Source: Chiloscyllium plagiosum
Lineage: Eukaryota
Reading direction: 5' to 3'
DNA length: 34,086 bases
Assembly: GCF_004010195.1 (NCBI RefSeq)
Contig: NW_025215196.1
Location: 36,143 to 70,228, forward strand
Positions within the stretch are counted from its first letter, which is position 1, and every line of letters begins with the position of its first letter. Position numbers and translations under genes: made by a program. The notes beneath the pieces were generated by a model. The model had not been told where the DNA came from. It did no database searches and saw only the letters and a list, made by a program, of their open reading frames with translations. Shown here one piece after another: positions 8,610-21,675 of the stretch.

Positions 8610-10720
8610 TCTACTGCCCCACCCAAATCAATCTTCCTGGTCACATAATCCAATTACTTTAAGAAAATTGTCAGGCACAAACTTCCTCGTACAAAGCCAC
8701 ACTTATTATTCCTAATCAAAGACTGTCTTTCTAAATGCATGTACATCTTATCCCTCAGAACCTTCTCAAGTAACTTATCTACTGATCTGTAGTTCCAAGG
8801 CTTTTTTGTTCAGTTCTTCTTGAATATGGGCACAATATTTTCTATCTTCCAGTATTCCGGGACATTACTTTTATGATGATCAACATTTTAGGCTAGGGTC
8901 CCCGCAAATTCTTCTGGATCCCCTTGAGGTGTTCTTGGATATATCGGGTAAGGACTGTGAGATTTATCAACTTTCAACCATTCTAGTACGTCCACAATCT
9001 CCTCTACTATGATATAGATTGTCCCTAAAATATCACTACTAACTTCCTCAAGTTCTCAAGTCATCATGTCTTTCTCCACGGTAAATATAGAGTATAAATA
9101 TTCGTTGATGACTTCAATCATCTCTGATAGTTCCACACATACTTGTCCACATTGGTTTCGAGGCGTCCTATTTTCTCCCCAGTTATTGTTTTATTTCTTT
9201 TAATATATTTAAAGTACCTTTTTAGATTCATCCTAATTTTTTCAGCCAAGGCTCTTTCTTGCCCCCTTTTCACCCTACTGATTTCCTTCTTCAGTAAACT
9301 CCTGTATCTCATATATCTCCAGGGATTCCCTTGATCCGAACTGCCTGTACCTGAGCCACACCCCAAGTTCGAACATGAACCTGAGGACCAATTTTGTCCT
9401 TCTCCATAACTATTTGAAAATTAATAGAACTATGGTTACTGGTCCCAAAGTGCTCCCCCACTATTAACTCAGTCGCCTGTCATGCCCTATTTGCTAAGAA
9501 AATTTCGAATTTTGCCCCTTCCCGAGGAGGACACTCTATATACTGCTTGAGGAAACTTTCCTAACGCATTTACCAGATTCTACGTCATCAATTCACTTAA
9601 CACTCTGGCTGTTCCAGTCTGTATTAGAAGAAAAATCCCCTATTATGATAACCCTTTTGCTCCTACAGGTCTCCCCTCTCTCGCTGCATATTTGTTACTC
9701 TCATTCCTGTTGACTATTTGGGGGCCTATATTACATACCCAATCAACTCACCATTCCCATCCTATTTCTAAACTCCACCCACAAAGCCTCACTGGGTGAT
9801 CCATCAGTTATTTTATCTCTGATTAATGCTGTGGTTCTCCCTTTAATCAGAAATGCAACTTCCCTTCCCTCCTTCCACCATCTCTGTCTCGCCTAAAGCA
9901 CCTGTTCCCGAGCACATTAAGCTGTCAGTCCTGTCCATCACTTAGCCATATTTCTGTAATGCCTATAATATCCCAGTCCCACCTACCTATCCATGTCCTG
10001 AGTTCATCGGCCTTACCTGTCAGCACTCTTGCATTGAAACAGATGCAATTTAATCCAAAAGGCATTACTTTGTCTCTGTCGTTTTCCAGCCTAACCTTAT
10101 TATTTCTGATTACTGAAACTCCTTCCACTTTCCTCCCTGCTCTTGAGGATACCACCACCTGCCAATCTCGTTTAAGCTCTCCCTTGTAAACATAGCAAAA
10201 CTGGCCGGCAAGATATTGGTGTCCCTTCCAGTGCATGTCTCGGATGGTAATCTCCCTCTCAGGAGATTACCACTGTCAAGGTTTTTTATAAAAAAATGTT
10301 TCTCCTAACTCTCTGTAATCACGCTGCAGGACCTCGTGCATAATGATTTACGGCTGCTGCCCCTCCCCTTTGACAATGTTCTGCAGCCACTTGGAGACAT
10401 CCTGGACCCTAGCATCTGGGAAGTAACGCACCATCCTGGATTCCCGTTTGTGACCACAGAATCTCTGATCTGTCCCACTAACAATCGACTCTCCTATCTT
10501 TAACGTCCTGTTTACCTTTACCCTTTCCCGCTGTGCCCCAGTGGTAGTACCACCAACCTGGCTCCTGCTGCTTTCCCCTGACAGTCATCGCCCCCAACAA
10601 TCCAAGATGGGCCACATGTTTTCGAAAGGAATAGCCACAGGGGATTACTGCACCCCCTGCCTACTCCCTTTGCCATTCCTAGTGGTCGCCCATCTACTCT
10701 CTGCCTGGAACATGACAGGA
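8610..10720 (-). mobile_element. CR1 LINE, decayed: ORF1 C-terminal part, APE endonuclease and start of RT, with internal deletions
   Basis: LNCICFNARVLTGKADELRTWIGRWDWDIIGITEIWL (endonuclease N-terminus) and LKKEISRVKRGQERALAEKIRMNLKRYFKYI (CR1 ORF2 linker). Confidence 0.85.
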
Positions 10721-10857
10721 AGCAAGGGACGTCTGTTGCATTAAATTGTGTTTATTTAAATACAACAGGACACACAGGTAAACTCAGAGCGATGAATGTT
10801 GGACTGGAATATTACAGTGATTATCTCGGTCATTATCTCGAATGACCCTGAGTGCCT

Positions 10858-11155
10858 AGATTAGATAGTGTGTAAACAGGCCCTCTTGCCCAACAAGTCC
10901 GCACCGACCCACTGAAGAGCAGCCCACCCAGACCCACTCCCCTACACGCAACACTGCAGGTAATTTAGCATGACCAATTCACCTAACCTGCACATCTTTG
11001 AACTGTGCGAGGAAACCGCAGCACCCAGAGTAAACCCATGCAGACACGGCGAGAATGTGCAAACTCCATACAGACAATTGCCCGAGGCAGGATTTGAACC
11101 CGCGTCCTTGGTGCTGTGAGGCAGCAGTGCTAACCACTGAGCCACCGTGCGGCCC
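10858..11155 (-). mobile_element. tRNA-derived V-SINE (HE1-like), near full length
   Basis: Minus-strand head GGGCCGCACGGTGGCTCAGTGGTTAGC (A box)...GGTTCAAATCC (B box). The V-domain core TGGAGTTTGCACATTCTC and a LINE-like tail follow. Confidence 0.9.
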
Positions 11156-11395
11156 AGCTTCAGGTCCCTAATACGGTCTCCCAGAATCTGAAGCAGGGTG
11201 CAGTGCCCACACATGTAGCCATCAGGGCCGGTGGAAATCTCCCTGAGCTGCCACATCTCACAAGAGGAGCGTGCGACTGCCCTAAATGCCATCTCGACTG
11301 CTGTAACAATAAAGTTAAAAGAACTTTATTTCAGTTTCCCTGTACATTTTGCTGAGCTGTAGCTGTCCGAAGCCTCTCGTGTGAAAGCCTTACTG
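11156..11395 (-). mobile_element. CR1 5' end / ORF1 N-terminus
   Basis: MAFRAVARSSCEMWQLREISTGPDGYMCGHCTLLQILGDRIRDLKL, a zinc finger/leucine-zipper-like start, is cut by the SINE. Confidence 0.65.
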
Positions 11396-11779
11396 CTTAC
11401 TCTGATACCCCGTCATGTCTCTCTACCCCTCCACATTTAATTTTGGTCAGGGAAGGAAAGAGACACGACAGTGTTGTAGTGTTTAGGCCTTCAGCACTCC
11501 TTGACACCTGGCCCCTGACTACCTGCTCTCCAGTGCAGTTCTCTGCTTGGCCTTGGAGGGTGTCTTGCTGAGGTCTTCCTTCTGGTAGTGGTGATTGTGT
11601 CAATGCAAATCCTCACCCCGACAGGCAATCCGTGCTGTCACAGCCCTCTGGTCCTTTCTGTCTATTAGTATCGCGTTTATGAATCCCTTGAATCATTCGA
11701 TTGCATTCCAAACTGTGTCTCACTCCATAGTGAGGGAGGTTGATGTTCTTGTGAATACAGGGCCATTGGAAAAGAAAAC

Positions 11780-13270
11780 CATTAGACATAGAGGCAACAA
11801 TATGTCTATCCTCTCACTGAGTCTGATTTTCCTTCGATTAGGTTATATTTATTTTGTTAATCCCCTATTCCACTTTCCTGCGATTTACCCGTAACACTTG
11901 GATACAAATCTGTCTGTCTCAGTCTTGAAGATATTTGATGATCCAGCCTCAACAGTCCACCGAATTTTCTGCAATTGTTTCCCTCCCACTGATGTGAGAC
12001 TTGGTGGTCTTTAATCTGGTGATTTGTCCACTCCAGCTTGCATAAACTTCCAATTCTTCCTCAGTTCCTCCAAACTGAAACCGATTCGTAGGATGTGTTT
12101 AACATATTCTCTCTCTCTGTGAACAGGCTGTCCCCTTAGTCCCTAATACTCCCATTTTTTCCCCCCGCATTATCCTCTTCCCCTTAATAAACCATAAAAA
12201 TGACTTTGGATCTTTGCTAATCTTACCCGCTAATGTTTTATCACCCCTCCTTCTGCTCTTCCACTGACTTTTTAAGTTTAGCCCTCCACTTTCTATATTC
12301 TTTTAGGACCTTCATTGGCCCGCTCACTTGGTACCTGCTTTAAGCTTCTCTTTTCTTTTTCATCCTGTTCGGAATTTGTGTCGACATCTGAGGTTCTCTG
12401 GGCTTGTTTTCCTAAATTTTATCTTCGGTGTAACATGCTGGGCCGACACTGTCATCAATTCCATTTTAATGAAATGATTCCCCCAACCCCCGCCCCACCT
12501 TGTTGTGCTACAGTTTCACCCAAAAGCAACTGCACTTTGCCCAGATCCGGTCATTTTTTCCACATAAAATCTGTCTCCCCAATGCAAAAAGCTTATATTT
12601 TTCTCAGATTTTGGGGGTCTTTTCATTAACAAAGTCAAAATCTGTGATATCACGGTCACTGGTACTATAATGCTCTCCCACTTCTGCCTGGAACAGCTGA
12701 CTGGCTTCGTTCCCCACAGTGAGGCCCAGCACTGCACTGCCCATTGTTGTATCTGATCTATGTTGATATAAGAAGCTCTCTGGAATGAATTTCAAAGCAC
12801 CTGTCCCCTCTTAAAAAGTTATCACTGACCTAATGAATATTTGGAATTGACATGTCTGAATATAATGATCATATTATTGTTTATACACACCTCAATATCT
12901 TGGTTATATACCTGCTCCCATAATTTCCTTTATCTGGGGGTCTAATAATATATCCCTAGCAGTGTTTCTGTCATGGGTTTGATCCTGAGCTCTAACCACA
13001 AGCCTCATTACAAGATCCTTTCAAGATATCGTCCCTTCTTACGGCAGTAACTGACTCCATAATTAATAACGCAACACCTCCTCCTCTTTTACACCCTCTC
13101 CTGTCCTGACTATAGTTCTGGTACCACAGAATATTGAGTTGTCAGCCCTGACCTCCCTCAAACACATCTCAGAAATGGCAAAAATGTCACACGTCCACAT
13201 GTCACCTCGTTTCCTTATCATATCTGTCTGTCTGTTAATATTACCAGCATTAAGGTGAAGCACATCCAAC
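11780..13270 (-). mobile_element. Old CR1-like LINE, heavily deleted (endonuclease region plus 3' end)
   Basis: VLHLNAGNI...DIFAISEMCL and AVLGLTVGNEASQLFQAEVGEHYSTSD resemble CR1 endonuclease motifs. A tail-like segment lies near 11780-11960. Confidence 0.65.
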
Positions 13271-13521
13271 CGGAAATATAATCACCTGGAATACTCGGTA
13301 TCACGGAGTTCTTCAGTCATTCACTGTTCGTTATCAACCTGTCCAATTAATGAACCAAAACTGTAACTCTGGGACTGAATGAATATTTGTTGAATTTTAA
13401 TTTCGTTTTTAGTAAATGTGTTCGTCAAATACAACTTTCATGAACTGAACAGTCAGATCCAGATACAACGGGTTTCTGCTGATTAGTTCCCTGTTCAGTG
13501 TGCAGAGTGGACAGCCCTCAG

Positions 13522-13635
13522 TAATGGAGAAAGTGAGGACTGCAGATCCTGGTGATCAGAGTCGAAAATTGTGGCGCTGGAATAGCACAGGCAGTCAGGC
13601 AGCATCTGACGAGCAGCAGAGTCAAAGCTTTGGGC
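13522..13635 (-). mobile_element. PLE tail fragment
   Basis: GGAGAAAGTGAGGACTGCAGAT...GTCAGGCAGCATC is the reverse complement of the tail at 18040-18119. Confidence 0.7.
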
Positions 13636-13739
13636 ACCTTCCCTTCCCATGTTTTCCATTCCATAATACACAGGATATTAGGAACCAAACATGCTCAGGA
13701 AAGCAGCACTGTACAGAGCCCTGAAATGGAAAGCAGTCA

Positions 13740-15308
13740 ATCAGTTGGTTGGACGGAGAGTAAACAAGTTGAGGTGAAATACAGACTGATTGAACATAAG
13801 GATAGATAAATCCCTAGGCCAGAAGGGAAACCCCCTAGGTTACTACAGGAAGAGATGCAAGAGATTTCTGTGCCTTTGGCGATGGTCTTTGCGTCTTCAC
13901 TCTCCAGTGGAGTAGCGTCGGATGATTGGAGAGTGGCAAATGTTCCTCCCTTGATCAGGCAAGGAAACAGGGATTGTCCTGAGAATGACAGACCAGTCAA
14001 TCTTACATCAGTATTGTGCAGTTTTGGAGAGGATTCTTAAAAATCATAGTTTGATTAGAAATAGTCAGCATGGCTTTGTGAGGGGCCGATCATACCTCAC
14101 AACTCCTATTGGATTCTTTGAGGATGGGATTAAGCACACTGAAGAAGGTAGAGCAGTGAATGCCGAGTGCATGGATTCTAACAAGGTGTTTGATAAGCTT
14201 CCCCGTGGTAGTTTCATTCAGAAAGTAAGGAGGCATGGCATACAGGGAGACCGATCTGTCTGGATACAGAATTGGCTAGCCCAAAGAATACAGAGGGCGT
14301 TGGTAAATGGGAAGTATTCAGAATGGAAGAAGGTGAGCAGTGGTGTTCCGTAAGGATCGGTTCTGTGACCTCTGCTGTTTGTGACTTTGATTAATGACTT
14401 GAATGACGAAGTGGAAGGGTAGGTTCGTAAGTCTGATGATGTAACACAGGTTGGTGGAACTGTGGATATTGGGAAGGGCTGTTGTAGTTTGCAACAGGAC
14501 ATTGACTGGATGCAGGACTCAGCTGCTAAGTGGCAGATGGTGTTCAATATTGAAAAGTGGGGTACGATTCATTTTGGAAGGTCGAATTTGAATTCAGAAT
14601 ACAGGGTTAAAGGCAGGATTCATACATTGTGAAGGAACAGGGGGAATCATATGGGCCATGGCATAACTCCCACGATGTTGCTACCCAGGTTGATACGGTT
14701 GTTAAGAAGGCGTTTGATGTGTTAATTAGCCGATGGATTGAGTTTAAAAGATGCGAGGTTATGCTGCTACTCTATGGAGCCCTGGTGAGTCCACACTTAG
14801 AATATTGTGATCAGTTCTGGTTGGCTCATTATAGGAAAGATGTGAAAGCTTTGATGAGGTTGCTGAGGAGATTTATCAAGATGCTGCCTGGACTAGCGGG
14901 CATGTCTTTCAAAGTAAATATGAGGGAGCTAAAGCGTTTTCCTCATTGGAACGAAGAAGAATGGAACGTGACTTGACAGTGGTGTACAAGATGATGAGAG
15001 GCATAGATAGAGTGGATAGCCAGAGACTTTCTCCCAGGGTGGAAATGACTATCTCGAGTGGGTATGATTTTAAATTAATTGGAGGAAGATTTAGGAGAGA
15101 TGTCAAAGGTACGTTCTTTACACAGAGAGTTGTGGGTGTGTGCAATGAACAGCCAGCAGTTGTAGTCTTGTCAGCTAAATTAGGGATATTTAATTGGATA
15201 GTCATATGAATGATAGTATAATGAGAAGTATGTAAGTTACTCTGAACTTAGACAAGGATAAAACTTCAAGGGCCGAAGAGCCTGCACAGTGCTGCACTGT
15301 TCTATATT
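13740..15308 (+). mobile_element. CR1 LINE, 5'-truncated RT and 3' end, pseudogenised
   Basis: DWRVANVPPL, SQHGFVRGRSYLT, VWIQNWL, VSSGVP, LVSPHLEYCDQFW and FFTQRVVGV motifs. Ends GTGCTGCACTGTTCTAT. Confidence 0.92.
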
Positions 15309-16904
15309 TCCAGTTTCACCCAGCTTGTGGATTCTCATCAATTGTTGAATGTGTGAGGGAGTGATGTGTGTGAGAGCAGGAAGCTTTGGAGGGGTGTAAG
15401 GTCAAACCTCCAGGTGTGTTTTGTTACAGTCACCTGAAAGCCATTATAATCTGTGTGGTTACTTAACCCAGACAGAATCCACCAAGTTCAGTTATTAATG
15501 TGATTTGTGCATTGCCGTTTGCTGCTGTTTACTTCACATACATTCTACTGTGTGATCCATGTAGTAATCTCTGACCGTTCACAGAGATGTACAATTTTAT
15601 TTTGATACTGGAGAATGTGAAGGTGACATTTATTGGATTTGGCACTGCAATAGATTGTCAAATTGTTAACATGTCTGGTCCGGGGTGCAGATGTATGGAT
15701 TCGGGGAGGCAGGTCAGGTTTCATCGTCATAGGTAACTTGTATGTTGAGATTCTGGCTCTCCATGTCAACAAGTCTGCTCTCTGAGCCAGGCTCTGACGG
15801 AAGATGAATTTCAAATGTGGTTGCTGGTCAGCCATTATATTTAACCTGGACAATATTTGTACCTACACTGAGACCAGTGATAGTCTATTGACGGGTTCTT
15901 CCCCAGTCCAAGGTGGATCCCAAATTATTTGTTTTGAAGTAATGTTTGATTGGTTGCCCTGGACCAGGTTAGACGCTCTATGCACAGATTTTGGAACAGG
16001 CCACTGAGTCTCTCTATATCACAGGCAGCTATTAGGTCCAATTGCACTGTAAATGATTTCAGATCTATTGGAAGCAATTTTAAGCGTAGCTCATTGCAAA
16101 ATGTTTGCTATATTTCATGAATTGGGCAAAACTAAGATGTGGACGATAATCATTCAACTGAACTATAATCTCTTAAATCAACTATGTTGATTCTATATTT
16201 ATGGAACTAAAATATAAACTCCTGTCAAGATTTTCTAACACAGAAATACAACACGTATATTTTACTTTATCGAAGAAAGAACATAACTCTTGTGGTGATC
16301 AGAATTAGATATTTAATGTCAGGATTCAAAGCAATGTTTTGCCACTCCAATATTTTTAAAGTGGTTGGTTTCTGGAAAATTCCATGTTCCGCGTGAGCAG
16401 AAGATTGAACATACAAATAGAATTAGCGTTCTTATACATTTATATATAATCAATCAGTTTAGTTTCTCACTGAAATGTACGATCTTCAGCTATTTGCCAG
16501 CAATTTAAAAATGGCAACAATTCAACATAGACTGAATATTAAACTTAATAAATTATTTGTTATCAAATTTTAGTGAACAATAATTTGAAAACTTTCAATG
16601 TTTAGAGTGAATGATGTTTAATATGAAATGTGGAGAGTGAAAACAAAAACAACGAAGATAATATCGTGTCAGGGAAAAGTCAGAGCTTTCCGAAGTGTTT
16701 TGTGCCAAAGCAATGATATATTTGTTTTAGTAATTGGAATACGACATGTAAAATACTTATGTTCTGAGTAATAATTAGACTTCATAATGAAGCTGACCTT
16801 GCAATACTTGCATTTTAAATGCTTATGCTGCACCAAATAATCAGATATTTGCGATCATTTACAATGTGAAATAATTGGATACTGACTTTTATTCACAGCT
16901 GACA

Positions 16905-17290
16905 CTTGATAGAGTACAACATTTTAAAGTACAGGAAGAGGCCATTGGCCATTATGTATGCATCAGCTCCAAAAATGTCTCCCAAGCGCCTCCCATTTGC
17001 CAGCTCTCTCTCTGTTGCCCGTTAAATTCATAAATTCCAAATATATATCCAGTTCTCTTTTGAATCTTCATCCACAAATTTCCCAGCCAGTCAATTCCAA
17101 TTCGTAACAACTCTCTAAATTAAGACGTTTTCCTTTTTTTCACTCCTCGCTCTTTTGCTGACAACTTTGAAATTAGAATTCCTTGATGCTGTAATGCCAG
17201 CTAACAGAGTATTTCTTTTTACTAAACAACTTTTTTCATAATTTTGAGCACCACAATAAATTCACATCTTTGTGTGTTCTGCTCCGGGAG
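16905..17290 (-). mobile_element. Old CR1-like 3' fragment
   Basis: ACAGGAAGAGGCCATT...TATCCAGTTCTCTTTTGAA...TAACAACTCTCT resembles the reverse complement of the CR1 3' ends elsewhere in the window. Confidence 0.45.
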
Positions 17291-17324
17291 CAATACGCCT
17301 TGCAAGAACGGTATCAAACACGAC

Positions 17325-17680
17325 AATGGAAAAACAAACAGAAAACTAGTCACCAGGATATATGAACATCAACTAGCCACATGACCCCAACATTAATTTC
17401 TTACGTACTGATGAGGAAATATGTCACTTTGACTAGGTCTGTATATCCTTCCTAAGACATGCCAAACAGATACAAGAACAAGAATTCCTAGAAAAATGGC
17501 ATTCCAACCGGAACTATATCAACAGACACATGAATTTTGAGTCCACCCACCACTCTCTGAGAAAAAGAGCCGGAAATGACATCATCGACACAGGAAATTA
17601 CATTACCAACTCAAGGAAACCGAAACACTTAAATAGAAAGTGGAAGATAACACCAGTACTTCACTGGAGGCTCACTGACT
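17325..17680 (+). mobile_element. Second PLE family, GIY-YIG C-terminal remnant
   Basis: Manual translation gives QTNRKLVTRIYEHQLAT...EQEFLEKWHSNRNYINRH, matching the T-R-L-R-EH...E...IN pattern of PLE endonucleases. Confidence 0.7.
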
Positions 17681-17910
17681 GAGTACAGTCAATGGAACAA
17701 ACCAGCAACTGCCATTAGTTATTGCTTCAGAATATATCAGAGTGTTCATTGCTGCCACCACACAGAATCATTGAATGAAAATGCGAGCTTGCACGACCAA
17801 GTGCTTATCCAAAGGCTTTTTAGAAAGTTTGTGAGATTACCTGCTCAAGGGTTTGGCACCTTGCACTGGAACATTAGCTTTTTGTGTGGTACTGTTCTTC
17901 GTAACAATAG

Positions 17911-18119
17911 CTGAAAATATGTTGCTGGAAAAGCGCAGCAGGTCAGGCAGCATCCAGTGAACAGGAGAATCGACGTTTCGGGCATAGGCCCCTCTTCAGG
18001 AAAGGCTTATGCCCGAAACGTCGATTCTCCCGTTCCCTGGATGCTGCCCGACCTGCTGCGCTTTTCCAGCAACACATTTTCAGCTCTGATCTCCAGCATC
18101 TGCAGACCTCACTTTCTCC
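17911..18119. mobile_element. Young fold-back PLE-tail element with a 15-bp flanking duplication
   Basis: Arms ~17909-17990 and ~18004-18085 are near-perfect inverted repeats. TCTTCGTAACAATAG occurs at both 17896-17910 and 18120-18134. Confidence 0.9.
17972..17999 (-). ncRNA. Minimal hammerhead ribozyme motif
   Basis: Minus strand reads CTGAAGA-G-GGGC-ctat-GCCC-GAAAC-GTC. Confidence 0.8.
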
Positions 18120-19599
18120 TCTTCGTAACAATAGTCAGAATTGAAAATAATTTTCATCTGCAGGATGGACACAGACTCATTGCTTGAATAAACTAATGTG
18201 ATGAGGATAAATATTCAATTAAATTCTATGTTATGGACAAACTGCAGGAGATGAAATCATATTCTCATGTCTACCTTGAATTGGAAGCAAATACATAGTG
18301 TTAAAAAAATTCAAAAAATGATCAGACACCATACCAGGAGAGAGAAAAAAACATGTCATCTGCATTTGATGGAGATCAGAAATACAGAGTGAATGTGCAA
18401 TCTGATCAAGAATCAAGTGACAGAAAAATAAGTACACCAAATCTTAATTTTCAATGGCACCAGATCCCAATTTTCCTGAACAGTCATGGTTTTTCACCCA
18501 ATCTCACTTTTACAAATGCAAGTTTTTCCCAGTCACTAAAACTTCATTAGCCATTCTTCCTCCGCCTTCCTACTCGTTTTTACACTCCTACTTCCCTTGC
18601 ATTATCCCTTCTGCTGCTACATACTCTTCCACTAATTATATCTCTTCACAGCTTTCTTCTCCCATTCCCACTGTAAGTTACAGCAGCACCCTAGTTACTC
18701 CCATTTCCACTGGCCATTCCTTTCTTTTTTTGCTTTTCAACTGGGGCGATGGGAACGGCTGCCTTCTGTGCTGCTATTGGTCATCAGTGAATGATGAGAT
18801 TTGGATGATCAATGTCCAAAAGAAACAGACAATAGTGTATGTCTGTCACTGTCCAATGTACCGTGAACAGGGTGGTTTTGTTCAACGTACAGTGTGGAAC
18901 GCTTTTCTTCTGTCTCTGTGTCACAGTGCGTAACCAAACAGTCTCATTACAAATAGGATGAACCTCTCCTCAGAATCAGAGGTTCATGCATCAGTTTTTC
19001 CTTAATCGTTGTGAGGACATTGACCACATTGTTCAAACAACCCGTGTTATATCATTTTGCTCTTTACCATTTTAACTGATTTTCCAATTTCATTTGAGGT
19101 GATATCAGAGTAACTTCCCTTGTATCAAAGTAATATTTGACTCATGTAGCATCATCCACCCTCAGCAAACTGTCGTTAATGGAAATCAGAGGAAATTCTG
19201 TGCTGGCAATTACCTCAATGATCAATGACACCTTCCCCATAGCTATTGGGAATGACAAATAAACTTTGGCCTTGCTAGTGGCTTCCAAAACTATGGATGG
19301 ATTTGTCTTATTAATAACATCAAAATGCATCTGTTTTCGCAGTTTGGTCTAAAGTCTCAGAAAAGTAAGACCTTGCTGGCTGAACGTCACCCCAATGAAA
19401 TCAGAGCATTACAATAAGATAATGATTCCCATTATTTTCAATCAGTTACATTCTGAGGACTGATCGTGCGATGTCAGTGCCACTGAGATCAACATTTTCT
19501 CTGTCCAACTGCATCACATCACATTGGCTCAAGGCTGCACCATTCCCAAATTATACTTCATTCTCCAGCTCATTTGCCATGCTCGCCAGATATACGAGG

Positions 19600-21675
19600 C
19601 CCACAAGACAGAATAACTCAGAGATGCCTATGAGCATCTGAAACCTGCCACCCCACCCATGCCCTGCAATCTGAGGCCATTCCCTCCCCGAAGCCAACCT
19701 CCTGTTGTGTATTCACCATCCCTCCTAACCTTCCACGCTCTAATGCTGAATGTTCTGTACTCAGCAATGGTCTCAGCATTATCTCTCTGTGCCCCACTTT
19801 AATGAATTTCAGGAACGACATAATGTTGAACTTCTCTTCCACCGTCTTCTCCTCGGTGTCCATTTCTTTGCGCAAGAGTCCACAACCCCGGCTATGTTAT
19901 TCAGCCTGTGCCGATAAGGGTGGTGCTGCTGTAGTCTGGTGGACGCACCTCGACATTTCAGAAGCTGAGTGCCAGTTCTCAAATACCTCCACATATCACC
20001 TGCTTGTCCATAACTCTACCATGGCGCATCAGGTTATTTTAGTAACTAAATCTGACCACATTTCAACTGGAGATTCCCACCCACTCGCCTCCCTCCACAA
20101 ACACACACAAACTCACCCCCGCCTAACAGTCCCGAAGCTGATGGTCCTCTGATAGCAGAGATCGCTTTTATCGCCCCCTGAAAATCCACAAACAGAACTG
20201 CCTGGGCAGACCCATTGCTTCAGCCTGCTCCTCCCATACAGAGGGGGTGCATGGATACACACGTGGGCCCAAGTTATACCTGTTCCTTCATGGGATACGT
20301 AGACCATTCCTTGTTCCAGTTCTATTCCAGCCCCCATTCACAACTCTTTCTCCGATACGTAGATGATATCATTGCTGCTGCTCCTCTTTCGTCCAGAATT
20401 GGAAAGGTTCATCGTTTCCAATTTGCACCCCTCTCTCACTTTCACCTGGTCGATCTCTGACTCCTCCCTTCCTTTCCTCGACATCTCTGCTTTTATTTCT
20501 GGGGTAGACCGGTCACTGATAACCAGTATTAACCCACCGACTCCCACAGATACCTATAGTACACATCCTCACACCCTGTTTCCTGTAAAGACTCAATTCC
20601 ATTCCCCCAGTTCCTCCGTTTCCACTGCATTGGTTCTGATGATGACAATTTCACAAATGTGGCCTCTGAAATGTTCACCTTCTTCCTTAACCGAGAATTC
20701 CCCAACACTGTTCACGACAGGGCACTCAACCAATTGTGACCCACCTCCTGCACTTCTACCCTCACCCTCTCTGCTCCCTCCTGCAACAGTGTTCGAGTTC
20801 ACCCTGTCCTTACCCACCATCTCACCAGCATTCACATGCAGAAGATCATCAGTCTGCATTCCCCCACCTCCAGCGAGATGCCACCACCAGACACATATTT
20901 GCCTCCTCTCCCTTTTCCTCCTTCTGAAGTGACCATTTCCTCCAGGACACCCTGGTCCGCTCGTTATTCACTGCCCAAACCTCCCCCCCCCACCTCTCCC
21001 AACACCCACCACAGGTACACTTCGCTTTCCCCTGCTGGAGGTGTTACACTTTCCCACTTACCTCCTCGCTTGTCACTATCCAAGGGCCAAGCATACCTCA
21101 CAGATGAAGGAGCATCCTACCAACATTTCCCACAATCCGGTCGACTACATTCGCTGCTCACATTGTGGTCTGCTCTACACTGGGGAAACTAAAGGTAGAC
21201 TGGGTGAACACTTCACAGAATATTCAAGCTGTACCTTTCAAAAGACCCTGAGTTTCCAGTTGCCTGCCAGTTTAATACCCCATCCTGTTGCCTGGCCAAT
21301 ATCTCTGCGTCAGGCTTGCTGCAGTGTTCCAGGACATTTCAACGCAAGCTGGAAGAACAACACCTCATTTTCCGCGGGTGGACCCTGCAGCCCTTCAGAC
21401 TCAAAATAATGTTCAATGATTTTAAGGACTGAACTCCTCAATGACCCATACCCATGCACCAGGCCTAGTTCTCACGTGGCCTTCCATTACTCACACCCTA
21501 TTGTTAGCTACTAACAGTCTCCATTAACAGCTATTCATCCTCTGCAGTATATTAATCAACATTTTCAGGGCTACCATCCGTTCTGAGGAAGGGCCACTGA
21601 ATCAGAAACGTTAATTCTGATGTCTCTGCACAGATGCTGCAGACCTTTTGCAGCAAATTCGGTTTTTGTTTCAAC
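19600..21675 (+). mobile_element. Penelope-like element, long decayed copy (RT with internal deletion, GIY-YIG, 3' end)
   Basis: ADKGGAAVVW, VGPSYTCSFMGYV, LFLRYVDD (YVDD 20356-20367), FTWSISDSSLPFLDI and YIRCSHCGLLYTGETKGRLGEHFTE. A hammerhead-like motif lies at 21583-21612. Confidence 0.9.

Noticed and set aside
11085..11155. tRNA gene
   Set aside because: The A and B boxes belong to the SINE head and continue into the V-domain rather than a tRNA 3' end.
10942..11292. 116-aa ORF as a CR1-SINE chimeric protein
   Set aside because: CR1 ORF1 start running into a SINE; expected by chance, with no expression evidence.
13606..13630. CTGACGA as another + strand hammerhead
   Set aside because: No helix II or GAAA follows; it lies in an antisense PLE tail and appears coincidental.
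16080..16900. Immune-type promoter (GGAAAATTCC at 16374-16383, IRF-like GAAA motifs) in an AT-rich stretch
   Set aside because: Short motifs are expected by chance in AT-rich DNA, and no associated gene was identified.
18454..18933. 159-aa Ser/Pro/Thr-rich ORF
   Set aside because: It results from pyrimidine-rich low complexity; no recognisable domain or splice structure.
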